Below are positions 23,576 through 37,060 of a stretch of DNA of 43,432 nucleotides, piece after piece (positions within the stretch are counted from its first letter, which is position 1; the number at the start of each line of letters is the position of its first letter). A model generated the notes under the pieces. It was not told where the DNA came from. It saw nothing but the letters and a program-made list of their open reading frames with translations, and did not search any database. Source of the stretch: Octopus bimaculoides (Eukaryota); contig NC_068992.1 in the NCBI RefSeq assembly GCF_001194135.2, positions 67,944,488 through 67,987,919 of the forward strand, read 5' to 3'. A program made the position numbers and the translations under genes.

Positions 23576-23808
23576 CCACACACACACACACACATATATA
23601 TACACAAACACACACACACACATATATATATATATACACAAACACACACACACACATATATATATATACACAAACACACACACACACACACACATACACA
23701 AACACATACACACACACATACACATACACATACACATACACAAACACATACACAAACACAAACACATACACAAACACATACACAAACACATACACATACA
23801 CAAACACA
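23576..23808. repeat. Higher-order CA/TA microsatellite punctuated by CACAAA, ending at a 10-N gap (23809-23818)
   Basis: Three [(CA)n(TA)m CACAAA] units, then mixed CACATA and CACAAA hexamers. Confidence 0.95.
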
Positions 23809-23839
23809 NNNNNNNNNNTAATAAATACGTTTATTCAAT

Positions 23840-24143
23840 GAAATCGGCATTGCGCTTTCCGAGCTGCTGTATATTCACCATTATATTTATCCAACTGTTT
23901 TCGAATCCTCTGTATTGTCCTCAGATCAACATCTAAACACTCTGAAGTGTTCGCATTGTATCTCTCGGCGAGAATACCAAGCGATACAGCATGCCATTTC
24001 AAAATATCTGGCAGAGTGAATTGCGTCATGATGCTGCATTTATCAGAGACGGTGCCCAACTGACTATACTGTGTAGTCGACAAATCAAAAACGAACAATG
24101 CGCATGTGCGAATTAAAAAATATAAAATGGCAATCACAACCTC
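23840..24143 (-). mobile_element. Tc1/mariner-type transposase 5' fragment (HTH region)
   Basis: MTQF..KWHAVSLGI..NANTSECLDVDLRTIQRIRKQL resembles the paired-like HTH of Tc1-type transposases. Flanked by (TA)n. Confidence 0.55.
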
Positions 24144-24163
24144 TATATATATATAGAGATATA

Positions 24164-24198
<35 letters not shown>

Positions 24199-24251
24199 CA
24201 AAATAATTAGAAATTATTTTTATTTCTGTTAGACTAGTGAATGCATAATAG

Positions 24252-24516
24252 CAGCGGTGGATTGGCCAGGTTGCTTGCCCATTAGAATCCATATACTTTG
24301 GCCCATGTTAGTATCTAAGGGGGCCATCCCCTCAAGCTTGAGAATTTTTTATTCACTCCTGGAAGAAAGCATTAATTATTTCAGCCTGGCTGTGTTTGTA
24401 GACAGTTGAAATCAATACTTTTAACAAAAATAAATAAATAAATGATAGCATTGTAATTGCGGGTAGCCCCCCTTAGTCTCCTGGCAACCACTATTTTTAG
24501 ACTCATTCCGCCACTG
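24252..24516. mobile_element. hAT-type MITE (265 bp)
   Basis: TIRs CAGCGGTGGA and TCCGCCACTG match 8/10, with both differences being C/T at CpG. The 8-bp flanks CATAATAG and CACAATAC match 6/8, consistent with a decayed 8-bp TSD. Confidence 0.6.
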
Positions 24517-24778
24517 CACAATACTACGTGCAGCATACTCCTGTATGTGCAACAGAGACTTTGTCTTAGTACTTTCTTGCATTCACTTGAAAGAAATTTT
24601 CTCAGAGTGTAACATCAAGTCGCCAGAAGCTAGACGAGCTGTCAGCTAAAGAATATGAGTGACATACTTCAGAATTCTATCGGATGAAGACATTTTTTTT
24701 TTTATTTTGACAACTAAATTTCAAAAAGTCTAGACACGATTTTACCTTCTAGCTTCTTATTTTACATTATATATACAG

Positions 24779-24850
24779 AAAGAGAGAGAGAGAGAGAGAA
24801 AGAGAGATAGAAAGAGAAAAAAAAGAGAGAGAGATGGATAGGTAGATAGA
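24779..24850. repeat. (GA)n-rich / GATA simple repeat
   Basis: Read directly from the sequence. Confidence 0.85.
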
Positions 24851-26452
24851 TATTATTTTCGAACAAACATGAACTGATATACATATTTGTGAAAAGCAGA
24901 ATCCATTTAATTTTTAGAAATAATTATGCATTTCAGAAAGAAGCTGAATACACACGCATTAGATACTCTTTAGACATGTATTTGTTGATAGCTCTATATT
25001 CAGGACAAGAGACACGATATCGGAAAATGGTTAAGAAAGATTTGGCATATATACCATGTTATATTTAGGTTATGCATGTCCGTCTTTTGACAGCGAAGCC
25101 CATTCTCTATATCTGAGAAAGAGAGAAGAAAAACTGGAAGTGAACAATGAATATCAGAAAGAGTGGAAGTCAACAATGAAAAGAGTCATAGAAAAATAAA
25201 GGTTAAGAATGTCATAAGAAGGAGTGATGATAATAGCTGTGTTGTAGTGCGATGTTTATATGCGTGATGTGTTATGTATTCATGGGTGGGGTTGTCTTTG
25301 TAGCACTAGTTAAAATCAACGCTCCCTTCCTTATTTAAAATCACTGAACAAGACATGCTTCTGGTGTGTTCCGCAGATAGTCATTCATTCGAATCTCGTC
25401 TGGTTAGGGTTAATTTAAGAATGCTAACATGATAAAATAGAAGTTGAAGGTCAGTGGCATACCTTCAATAGTCAACATGCAGCATGATTTCGGCAGTTCA
25501 ATGGGAGGAACCATTGAAGAAAATCAATGTCTTAAGGTGAAAGGCAGTAAAGCAACAAGAATACAAGAAACTATTTTTGATCGGCGAGGTAAGATAGTAA
25601 ATGAATTTAAGATGTAGCAGGCAGAAGAAATGTGTTAAAACCGAGAATTTTACTGTCATCGAGTATATGAAGTTATTTAATATCGTTTAAAATATTACTT
25701 TAATATACGTTTAATAACTTATTTAATCTGTGTTTGCCATAAATGGTTACCTATTAAAAATATTTCAACAGACATGTATCTGATATACTTAGATATACTC
25801 AGAGTGGATTCAATTTTAGCAACGACATCAATAGAGTATGTTATATTTCTAACTTACATATAGAAATACGGGAGAAGTAAGGGCCATCGGCTTTGACTAT
25901 AAATATAGCGATGCCATCGATACTTTTCTCTTTGTGTAATCAATTTATTCTAATCTAAAATAATGAACAGTATACATTTTATATATTACAGCATTTAAAT
26001 AAAAAAGAGTATGATATAAACAGACAATTCCAACACAAAGTATATTTATCCTTTCACTTTTTCTGTGAAAGATTCGGTTATGTAATATAACTGCTTATTA
26101 GCTAGATAATAAATCTTCAAATACGTCTGGAAATTACCAATGCATTTGAAGAGAGATACGTCTGGACAACTTGTGCACAATGGTTACGTAATGTTTTCCA
26201 AGTCATTACATACAAATTTGTATTATTAAAGTTACCAACCATGCAGGAGTGAAACGGTGATGACATCCAGGCATTTCAGAAAACGATATGTAGTATGCAA
26301 TGATATACCGAAAATATTTTAATTGAAAACAAAACTTCGATGCATCCAATTAACACATAATACAAGTATTCACTTAGAATTCTGAGAGCACAGGTTCACA
26401 TAAGAAACATGATGACATATGCTCTTCCAGTGTATGCGTGTGCGTTAGTTGA

Positions 26453-26552
26453 NNNNNNNNNNNNNNNNNNNNNNNNNNNNNNNNNNNNNNNNNNNNNNNN
26501 NNNNNNNNNNNNNNNNNNNNNNNNNNNNNNNNNNNNNNNNNNNNNNNNNNNN
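26453..26552. other. Assembly gap (100 N)
   Basis: Run of N. Confidence 1.
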
Positions 26553-27910
26553 ATTTGTGTAAACGTGTCTAGAATAATACATCAGTTGAATAAAGTAAAA
26601 ACATGGTCTGGTTTTCACGATTTTATTATTTTAAAAACATTTTTTTTTTACAATGATGAAGTGTGTTAAACATTAAAAAAAAACATATTTCACATTGTTC
26701 ATAATGTTCAATTGGTGCTTTCATATGTTCATTGTAATCACATCAGATTTAAAATTGTATTTAACTGACAGTTGACTTCTTGACATCTGTAGTGAAATGA
26801 CTGACTTCTTCCTTTTTGTACCTCTTAGAAGGCCCCAACAAGCCGAATTTTTTGAATACAATTTTGACCAATCCGCATGTAGTGGTTAGCCGGGCGTACC
26901 GATTTTACTAGCAACTTCATGGTTGTGTGTGCGGTGTTATCTAGCGTCCAGTTCAAGAATAATGGAATAATTTATTAACCTTGAAGGCAATATCAGTTGA
27001 TGAGAGAGAACTGATCCAATAACTTTCTGCATCTATACTATTTTACATAATTAATAGTGTAAATAGTTACATGAAAAGTTTTACGCGGTAGCTATGAATA
27101 GATAAGAATTTTCCAAATTCGATCAAAGCTTTGTTCTATATTTAACATGATGCACACACATCCATTCTTAGCTCAGAATCCCACACAAGTATTAATTAAT
27201 GGCACGTTAAATAAATTTTCTAAAAAAGGAGATACATAATTCTGCTCTAAACTTAATTGGAAAATATAACTTTTCTTAATTGTCTGCATCCCGATTCGTT
27301 TATTTTGACCTGGAATCTTGAACATCTCAAATTATAAAAGTCATTTTTAAGTCAATTTTTCCTAATTATGCTGTCAATAGTGTTCACTGTGAAAATCACT
27401 TTTGATTGATTTGACAAATTAATTGTGAATACTTTCATTACAAATGTTACCTAATTGAGGTCGGCAGACGTATTTAAAGAGTCATTCATCAAATAGTGTC
27501 TCATTGTGAGAAGTCTTTTATTAATAGTTCTTAACTACTATCAAAATTTTAACACTAAAAGAACGAAAGAGGTGGTTTTTAAAAGCAATTAAACGATTCC
27601 ATCGAACAGTGTTTCAACTACTTTCAGACGTTCTATCAAAATGAGAGATTTCATACCACGTTAGAGAATATGCAAAGTAGACATAATTAGAAGACACTTT
27701 TCGAATTAATCAACAAAAGAAATAGACTTCAATGCATCTAGTAAATTGTCATTGACGCATCTAATGAAGCACATAAAATGTCATATATAAAGCATCTACT
27801 GTAGACACAGAGAAATCTATTGCGCTTCTGAGAATAACACAATGAAATCTCTATTTGAAGGAAATACTTTACACAATGTCGGTAGAACTTTAAGACGTAA
27901 TGAAATGTTG

Positions 27911-28068
27911 GAATGGCAGAATAGTGAGAAGACCGGACTGAATATCTTACAGCATTTAATACGGATCTTATCGTTCTCAGTTCAAATATAATAGATGTAA
28001 ATTTTGACTTTCATCCTTTCGAGTTCGATGAAATAAATTACCAATTAAGTACTGCAGTTGATATAACG
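27911..28068 (+). mobile_element. Degraded tRNA-derived SINE, Nin-domain-like family
   Basis: tggcagaatagtgag head, cagttcaaat B-box-like motif, and gactttcatcctttcgagttcgatgaaa. Homologous to 29318-29527. Confidence 0.7.
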
Positions 28069-29317
28069 AAGTCATTTCTAACCTAAATTTCAGACTTTTT
28101 TTATTAGTTGTTCACGGGTGTTACCCAGAGGAATCATTAGAACTATAAACAAAACATATTGTAGTCTTTCTTTTGTCTCTTTAACTTTTGAGTTCAAATC
28201 CTGACAGAATCAGCTTTATTTTGCAGATTCTAGGATAAAAAAAAACTATGTGAAAGTCAAGCATTGTGGTTGAATTGATCCCGACACCTCATATTTTATA
28301 TCTTATATTTATATTAGTATATGTGTGCATGTTTGTGTGTGTGAGTGTAAGCGCGTGAATTAGCATGTGTTTTAGACTATATCAGAGAATGTATGGAAAG
28401 AGGTGAATATAGAGTACCTATGTTTCAAAGTTAAACTTTCTGTTTTATATAACTCCTAACACATCCCAAACACGTTCGGCTAATCCTCTAGGCAATTATC
28501 TTTGGTTGTTTGCTCGTACTAAATCGAATTATCAATGAGAACAATAGTCGGCTGGCAAGTAGCACTACAGGGGGAAATTGGGTGTGTTTACAGATGTCAA
28601 CTAACTGTAGAAGACGGAAATCACATATATGTGGAGGGGTTGGTGGAGAGGACAAAAGAGTAAAAAATTAAAGTCTCTGAGAAACGAGGCAATAAAATTA
28701 GAACTTTCACGTTAAACAGATATCTAGAACAAATTAAAACTAAAACTAAGCAATCTGGGGTGAGAGCAAAGATAAGTAATTTAGGGTAACATCCAGAACA
28801 AAGGACGAAGATATTATCATGCAAAAAACATGAGGAAAGAACAAATATAAATACGAAAACATGAATGACAATTTGAACATAAAACCGTGAAGAATGAAAA
28901 AGTAGCGTTGAAAACAAAGTCAGTGGAGAATGCCAGGAATAAATGTTAAGTGGAAAAATATATAAATATAAATGAAAAACAATAAAAAACAAAAATATTA
29001 TAGAGACAGAATATATATGTGTATGTATTTATGTATGTGTGTGTGTGAGAGAGAGAGAGCCAATCTCAACCGCATTCAACTTCCAAACTGTCCAATGATA
29101 AATTATGCAGAGAGCTAAAAGCGATAAAATGGATTAAAACTTAAACGGAATCTATTTTAATACACATTCTCTAAAACTTTTATTAAATAAAGGGTGTTCA
29201 TAACAACAGCGGGACACCTCAAATACTTAGACGATAGCAATGTCTCTCCCGTAACTCAAGATTTGGCCTTTCCCACCTTCGCATACGGACAATGTACATT
29301 ATTAACTTATGTTAGTT

Positions 29318-29527
29318 CCGAATTTTGGCACAAGGCTAGACATTTCATGAGAGGAGGTAAGTTGACCACAACAGGACCCAGTGTTCAACTGGTACTTATT
29401 TCATCGTCCTTGAAATGATGAAAAGCAAAGTTGACCTCAGTGGAATTTTAATTCAGAACGTAAAGACGGCAGAAATGCTAAGTATTTTGTCCGTCGTGCT
29501 GACGACTCTCTTAGTTAACCGCCTTCC
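29318..29527 (-). mobile_element. tRNA-derived SINE, Nin-domain-like family
   Basis: Minus strand reads gtcgtcagcacgacggacaaaatacttagc...ttacgttctgaattaaaattccactgaggtcaactttgcttttcatc...aagtaccagttgaacactggg...ccttgtgcc. Confidence 0.78.
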
Positions 29528-30161
29528 TATTTACCTTCACATTGAATGGTATGTTTCAAACATGTATCAGTATAGTTAGGTCTTACGTAATGTATACCAT
29601 TGGTGGAATGTTTCACAGAATATGTTTCCTTATCACAGACAGGTGCAGGCTTTGATGTGTAGTCGATAGGCAGTTATTGGTGAAGTCGAGGCTGTCGGTT
29701 CTCGGATTTAGAGATCTTACAGAATGGATGGTGAAGGTGCTCGGTGTATCGATAATGAGGTAGTCAGAGATGGAGTCCGAAGACAAAGAACGATAGAAGG
29801 GAGTGCTTCTGACAAGGCACAGTCCTATATTGTTCGACCGACAGCACATCTCCAGCGTTCCGCTCGCCTGCTATTTTTATCACAATATCGTCAAGGCATC
29901 GATTGAGCGGAGAGTAAACAGTTTGGGGCAGGGAACATTACTGTATTGTGAACACTTCTGGAGCTTGATTCTTTTTACTGGTTGGTGGAACTCATTTACA
30001 AGCAGGTTCAGGGTGTTCAACTGGCTAAGTTTTGAAGATTACAGATCGAACCTAGAGGAAGACCGTAATTTTTCAAATCCTCGTCTATTCAAATTCTTCC
30101 TTCCCTTTTCCAACTTTCTCTTCTCGTTTCTTGCATCTGTTTTCTAACTGAATTCCTCTTA

Positions 30162-30287
30162 CTTCTCTCTCTCTCTCTATCTTTCCTTCTGCATGTATAT
30201 ATACATTCATACACGCGCAATCACACACACACACACACACAGACACACACACACACACACACACACATCTATTTGTATGAATGTCGA

Positions 30288-30322
<35 letters not shown>
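30162..30322. repeat. (CT)n-(CA)n-(TA)n compound microsatellite
   Basis: Read directly from the sequence. Confidence 0.95.
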
Positions 30323-30325
<3 letters not shown>

Positions 30326-31974
30326 AAGAGAGATGGGAATGAGAGAGCGTCATAGTTATTGTGAGATTGCACAGGAAAGATTGAAGAGCAATAAACTGAT
30401 ATATACTGTATTAATTCTAGTTACGTTGTAATTTGTATAAGAAATCAGGTGTATGTATTTGGTGTGAGATAAGCAGCTATTTAGTTGTAAATGAAGTATT
30501 AAATATATAAAATGTCTTAATGGCTTTCACGTGAGAATATATAGAAATTTATATAATTTCATTCTGAAAATGTCTATTGAGATATGTGAAAATTATTTGA
30601 ATTTATAAGAATTCTCACAAAAGAATGAAGAAGAGATCTGTGAATGTATCACATCCACTCGTTCTAATACTTTTGATGAAACCACATAAATTCTATTGTA
30701 TTTTGAATGTCCTGACAAATTGTATGGAAGTCATATTGAAATGTTTAACTGATCCAGCCATTTTGAATAATTGCCCGGCTATAGAAAAGTCAATATATTT
30801 GCGTTGAGATATTTATTGTTGAATTAATCCTTCGATATATTTGCCTGATTTTCAGTATTCTATTATCAGTGATTTAAGTAAACAGAAGACACCAATATGA
30901 TGATAAAGGACAAACTTAAACAAAATAAGTTAAGCTGATCGGAACCAACAATGCATACTTCCGAAAACTTATATTAAGTATATTTTAGGCGTGAGAGAAA
31001 TTCTAAAGTTTAAATGGATTTGTATTCATCTGTGATGATGGTTCAATTTCTTTTGAGACACCATTTCTCTCATCTGGTTGCATCAGATTCGAATTAACAG
31101 CCTGACCCGTCAATACTTGAGATCGCAAGAACAATGGATCCAGGATGGTGAGCACTGCGGAAATGCCAAGCAATCACTTCTATTGAATGTCAGATGCTCG
31201 TGAAACTTCGTAAAAGAAACCTACATTTTCCACTTGAGAGATCTGAATGCATTCATCAAGATCTATGCATAGCACTCACTGAAATGCGTATAGGGCAAAA
31301 CAGATGTAGAAAGACACATGCCAAAGTATCTTGTATTATGGAATGAAGGAGAGAGTCATGGTGGAGATGCAATCTGCAGCAGCAAAGGCGTTTTGCCACT
31401 AACCCTCTTCTGATATTCAAACTCTATATGACATACTATTAGTACATAAAAGCAACTAGAAATAGTTATATGTAATACATATCGACTACACGTTGCTTAT
31501 AGGCACGCACACACACACGCACACACACACGTATATTCCTTCATTAAATACATCGAGGTTCCAATGGAAGTTTTTCGATTTAAAAACAACTCCTAAATGG
31601 AATGCAAATTGCTATAACTAATTTTTCCCCAGGCACTGCTCATGACCAAGTTCTTCACAGAGATTTCAAATCTGAAATCAATTCTAATTGAAGCCATTCT
31701 ACTACTACGGATTCAGTTGCAACAGTGAAATTCTATTATCGGTGCTACTACAAGAACATATAACGACATTACAGCTCTTGTTTGGAGATAAATTGGTGAT
31801 AATTGTATATATCGTTAAGTGGTGACTAGCTTGGAGAGATTCAGCGAATCACTTCATTACAAAATCCCATTTATTATTACCACAAAATATCATTATGCTT
31901 GAATATGTGGTTATATGTAACTTTACGTGAACGTATTTTGTGTGTATGCAAGCATTCACCGTGTCACTGTACAT

Positions 31975-31975
<1 letters not shown>

Positions 31976-32012
<37 letters not shown>

Positions 32013-32112
32013 NNNNNNNNNNNNNNNNNNNNNNNNNNNNNNNNNNNNNNNNNNNNNNNNNTGTGTGTGTGCGTGTGTGTGCGTGTGTGTGTGTGTGCGT
32101 GTGCGCGCGCGC
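31976..32112. repeat. (GT)n/(GC)n microsatellite spanning a gap (32013-32061)
   Basis: Read directly from the sequence. Confidence 0.95.
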
Positions 32113-33954
32113 ATATAATACATATTTTAAATTTACTTTAGCAATTGCATCTTAAGACATGTGTTCCCTTTTGTAAGTTATGGCGTCCCAGGCTACAGAA
32201 GGAAATTACTAGTTGACTGAATGGAAATCACATAAAAGAGGCTTTTGTTCTTTTATCACTCCATACACATGGTATAAGAAAACAACAATGCAAATTCAAT
32301 TTAACTAAAATTGATTTTCCATATATATGCGTTGTGTACTGTTGGTCTTTCTGCTCGTTCTTTTATGCAAAACCAATGATTAAATTTGAAGAACGAAGAA
32401 AAATAGAAAGAAGAAAAGATTAACTGAATACAAGAAATTGTCTGAATAAAAATATACCAACTTCAAATCCTTTAAAAACTAATACAAAAGCTAACAAACA
32501 CTGAATTGAATTACTGCAAAGCAAAATATGCATGATTTACGATAAAAGATTCTATATAATACATAAAAAGAATAACTACCGTATTGAATAATGATAAGAT
32601 TTCGAAAAGAAGACAGTTTGTTGGCCATTCAAATTGATAAAGTAAAGAACATGAGTGTTCTATGCAGCACTGTGTTTTTGTTTTAATGTAGTTTAAAATG
32701 TAGGTGTGTGGCACCGAGAATCTTATCTCTTTTAACTGTCTGAAATATCTCGCCTTTTACTCAGTGACAATCTTTATAAATTGTATCTGATATATCTGCA
32801 ATTGTTGGTCCACTCTATGAAAGCAAATAGACAAATAACAATAATTATAAAGCATATAGGAAAAGAAATTTGCTTGCAAACAATAATTTATAACCATGTA
32901 TTTAAGAAGTTAAGTATTTTTCGACCACGAGGTCTAGAATTTCGCTTCTATTGCTCAACAACTTTATAAAGTTTCATCTAGTGTAACTTTGGATTAACTA
33001 ACAGTTTATTAAGGGAACTTGTTTTTTATACATAAATACATACATATATATATGGGGGAAGGTCTGAGTGTCTGTGATGAAATAGTTGTGGAGTTCTCTT
33101 AACCACATCAAGATACCTTGTGGTATTTGAACTTGTTTGTTACATTCCTTATGTCTACCAAAGAATTCGATAAAAAATGATGAGGAAAATATAAAGTGAG
33201 TTTGATAAACACGACATGAAAGTGATAGCCGGCATTATATGTCACAGTGCGTTGAGTGAAACATACAAAAGTCTTTAAAATTAATGGGAATAAACCATTT
33301 TTTAATGTATTGCAGTAATTCCCTTCTGGGTCCTCGGGCGTCTCTTCTGCCCAATGTCTGTTGAAATGAGCACAGTCCAGTTCACAGTGAAAATGCTATG
33401 AACTTACAACGAAATATTCAGGACGAATTTGTTCGGAAAGTATTTGAAACAATTACTTTTGTAGTGTTTTCGTTGGTAATTACTCAATTTCTTGCATTAC
33501 AATTTAATACTAATTACATATTTGTATAATGCAATAATTAGTTGTATTTACTTAATACTTTATTTTCGGAGATTTCTGCGTCTATTATGAAATATCAATT
33601 AGCTTCTGGATGTAAAACACAGACTGCATTCTTCCAGTAAAAGTCTCTCTCTCTGACAATATGAATCCGGAAGTATTTTGCTGTTGCAATTGTGAGTATG
33701 GGTGTTTTGTGTGTGTATGTGTGTGTATGTGTGTGTGTGCACACGTGTACGTGTGTTTTGAAAATATAGCTCCTGCAAATGGCACTTATGCATGCAAGAT
33801 GCATGCTGGTAAGTGCGAGGAAAATAGGACTCAGTCCTGATGCTGAATTAGCTACATGTTTCTACTTTCGATCAGGATACGATCAAAGTTTAACTATCAT
33901 TTTGATGTATAGAAATTATGACTATACTATCCATTACGCATACCTTCGTATAGA

Positions 33955-34021
33955 CAGATATATATCTATATATATATATCTATATATATATATATCTATA
34001 TATATATATATATATATATAT
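33955..34021. repeat. (TA)n punctuated by TC
   Basis: Read directly from the sequence. Confidence 0.93.
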
Positions 34022-35489
34022 TAATACATATGTTCTCCACACATAAACATATTTCAAACTTGTTATGTGTATATCTCAAACACAAAAATGCTGCTTAGAA
34101 TATGTTGTTCCGCGATAAATATAGAGGTTACGTGTAAATATATAAATTACATATGACAATGGATTGTGAAACGATACGTCAACACGCTCAAGTTTATATT
34201 AGTTAAAGGCGCCTGACATTTCTATTTCCATAGAAATTATATACAAACACAGCACTGATGCTTACTTAAATAATTTGAAATTCCACATATGTCTCTGCTA
34301 CTTTGATTTTTCAAAATTAGAAATTCATCGATTTCCTGAAGGAATTCTTCAAACTTTCAACATATTTATGGATAATTAAAACTTCTCTTCAAGCAGAAGT
34401 AATCAATTAAAATAAACAAAGTTCTAACAAAATGTATTTACATTGTAAATCTAAGAATCAACAATTGTGCATGAAGAATTAAACAAATATTTTATATTTA
34501 GGTTTCCTTTGGGGTATTGCATTATTTTAAAAACCGTAAAGTTACAACGAAAACAGTAATATATCTCTCAGCAGGTGATATTACAGAAATTTCTGATATA
34601 ATAACACTTCAACGAAGATGCAAAATAATAATTCGAATTACTTCAAGTAAAAGTGATACCTCGTAGCACCTGCTACTATTTTATATAATGTGCGGAAAAT
34701 TTAGATTTGTATTCCAACATATCCCAAGTAGTATTGATCATACCGGTAATACCATGTCAAAAGTAAGCTTGATCAGAATTGAATTGAGGCTAGGTCAGTG
34801 TAGGTTCGTCAAATAAACAAGTCGAAACAACATTATATAAAAGAAACGAGTGACAATTGCATTGCATCAGTTTGGCTGCAATGTTTAATTTCGTTGACTC
34901 ATTTCGCTAATTTCGCGTCCTTGTTAAGTTAATCTTTTTTTCTTTTCAGTCACCAAAATATTGTGATAAATAAATAGTAAGATGAGTTAATAAATACTGG
35001 TTAACTAATTCTATGATATTTTTACAATGTTTGACATCATTTGGAGTTCTATGATTTTTTACGCCAGTCAACCAAGACAGAAAATATAGAGTTATGCAAA
35101 AATCTGAAATGTATGTGCCCCTACAAATGCTCAAATATACCAGCCTAAAGCAGCTCTATAGGATAATACTTATGAATAACAAGAGTACAAATATCAAAGC
35201 AAACTATATTTTCTGTCAAGTATAGATGAGGAATGAATATAACAATTCTCGATCGAATGAGTCGCTTTGCCTAGACAAAAATGTATGATGGGGAGTGAAA
35301 TACAGTCCTTTGCAGAGGATAACAAAGATGTCAAGGCGTAAAGATATGAAAATAAGCAACAAGAATATATTAAAATAAATGATCACTAACAAAGAAAAGG
35401 GCAAACTTCTATGCAGCCACGAGTGTCCCAGAGTAGAACCGGTAAGAGAGAGAAGAGTGAAGTTCAAGCTACATAAACGACGAACTTAC

Positions 35490-35617
35490 TTGAGTAGAGA
35501 CCGATATTGATAAGAATTCAGAAACTACTATCGATATAAGGCTAACTTCGTACATGAAAATAAACATAATAATGAGTGCTCGAGTACAATGGAAGCTGGA
35601 CCACCAATGAGGAATTT
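35490..35617 (-). CDS. Candidate internal exon encoding a hydrophobic segment (unassigned)
   Basis: Acceptor ttactttgttgctttgatCAG and donor caa|GTAAGT bound 128 nt. Only one frame is open: IPHWWSSFHCTRALIIMFIFMYEVSLISIVVSEFLSISVSTQ. Confidence 0.3.
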
Positions 35618-36937
35618 CTGATCAAAGCAACAAAGTAAATGGGGCCTTTTCTAACGAATACCTATACGAACTAATGAAATGAACTACTCGGGATACGAAT
35701 AAAATCCGTTTACAGAGAAAAGTAAATACCTCGTGACTGCCAGATACTCGTCTCTCTTTCGTAATCAAACCGACATATATACTCATTATTTAAGCTATAC
35801 TACACGTTAGTGACGGAAATACCGAATTATTACTAGACATATATAACACTAATCACAGCAGGAAGAAAATATTATATAAAGATAAAATTGAATACTGATT
35901 ACTTCTTAGGAACTAATCCGAAATGTTAATATTTTAGCTCCTAAGATATTACGAAAGTTACGCGTCAATGGAAAATAAAAGAACATTTTTAAGTCAAATG
36001 AAGCGCTTTAGAATTCCAAATAATCTTTTCTAATTCACAACACAACATTTCTAACAAGATATCACTAAGAAATATAATACTGGAGAGTTTATCCTCCTTA
36101 GAAATAAACACAATCCTAAAGAGAGACAGCTAAAGTGCAAATGTTGAACACTACAAGCTTGGGTGATGCAATGCATCCCATCGAAAGAATTTGTGAATAA
36201 GAATGCAACAACAAGATAAGAAGAGCGGCACGTTTTAACATCAATAAAATTCAATTTAATTGCAGTTCTCTTTGATACGACTTTATCGATAAAATATAAT
36301 ACCCTTCCTGTCTTTGGGTGGTTTCAACCTATATAAATCAGACCAATATCGGCTTGCATTCAGCAGGCCACTCCGCTTGACATTACACAAGAGAACGTAA
36401 ATGTTTCCAACAAGATGCAAATTAAATGTACTTTTTTATTCAGTAGTTTTTTATGTATTCCAACTGGATTATCTTTTAAATGTCACCATTCTTTTCTATA
36501 ATTCAGTGGAGAACATCTTTGAATTTTAATAGCCATTTGCTTTTCTATAAATGTTTTGTTATATTCCTGATCAAATGGACACTATGTTATCACGCTTTAT
36601 TTATTTATTCAGATATTCAAAACGCCTTTCTTAAATTCCGTTATTTCCGAAAGTCTGTAGTAGATAACATGTTACCACATTTTTTTAATATATGTAACTG
36701 GAGTGAGACTCCCAAAATTTCTCTCTCCCTCTTCTTGTGTAATCCTTTATTGTTTCTTGCTGTGAGTTACAATACTATGCAATATGCTGTGTACTATATT
36801 CCTCTGTAAAAGTTTAATCGATTTACTATATGAGAAACTGAGTATATAGATATATTTTCGATTACTCATTGTTTCAGTTAATATCTCTGTAGCTCGCTCC
36901 CTCTCAATTTTTACTTCATATGTCTCCTTCGTTCTCT

Positions 36938-36952
36938 CATATATATATATAC

Positions 36953-37025
<73 letters not shown>

Positions 37026-37060
37026 AAGAGAGAGAGAGAGAGAGAAAGAGAGAAAGAGAG
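36938..37060. repeat. (TA)n then (GA)n microsatellite
   Basis: Read directly from the sequence. Confidence 0.96.

Noticed and set aside
23448-23850. VC/HT/YI-repeat ORFs here and at many other microsatellites
   Set aside because: They are translations of dinucleotide repeats, which lack stop codons by composition.
33111-33395. About 95-codon stop-free minus-strand frame
   Set aside because: It has no recognisable motif and no convincing donor/acceptor pair. A few frames this long are expected by chance in 43 kb.
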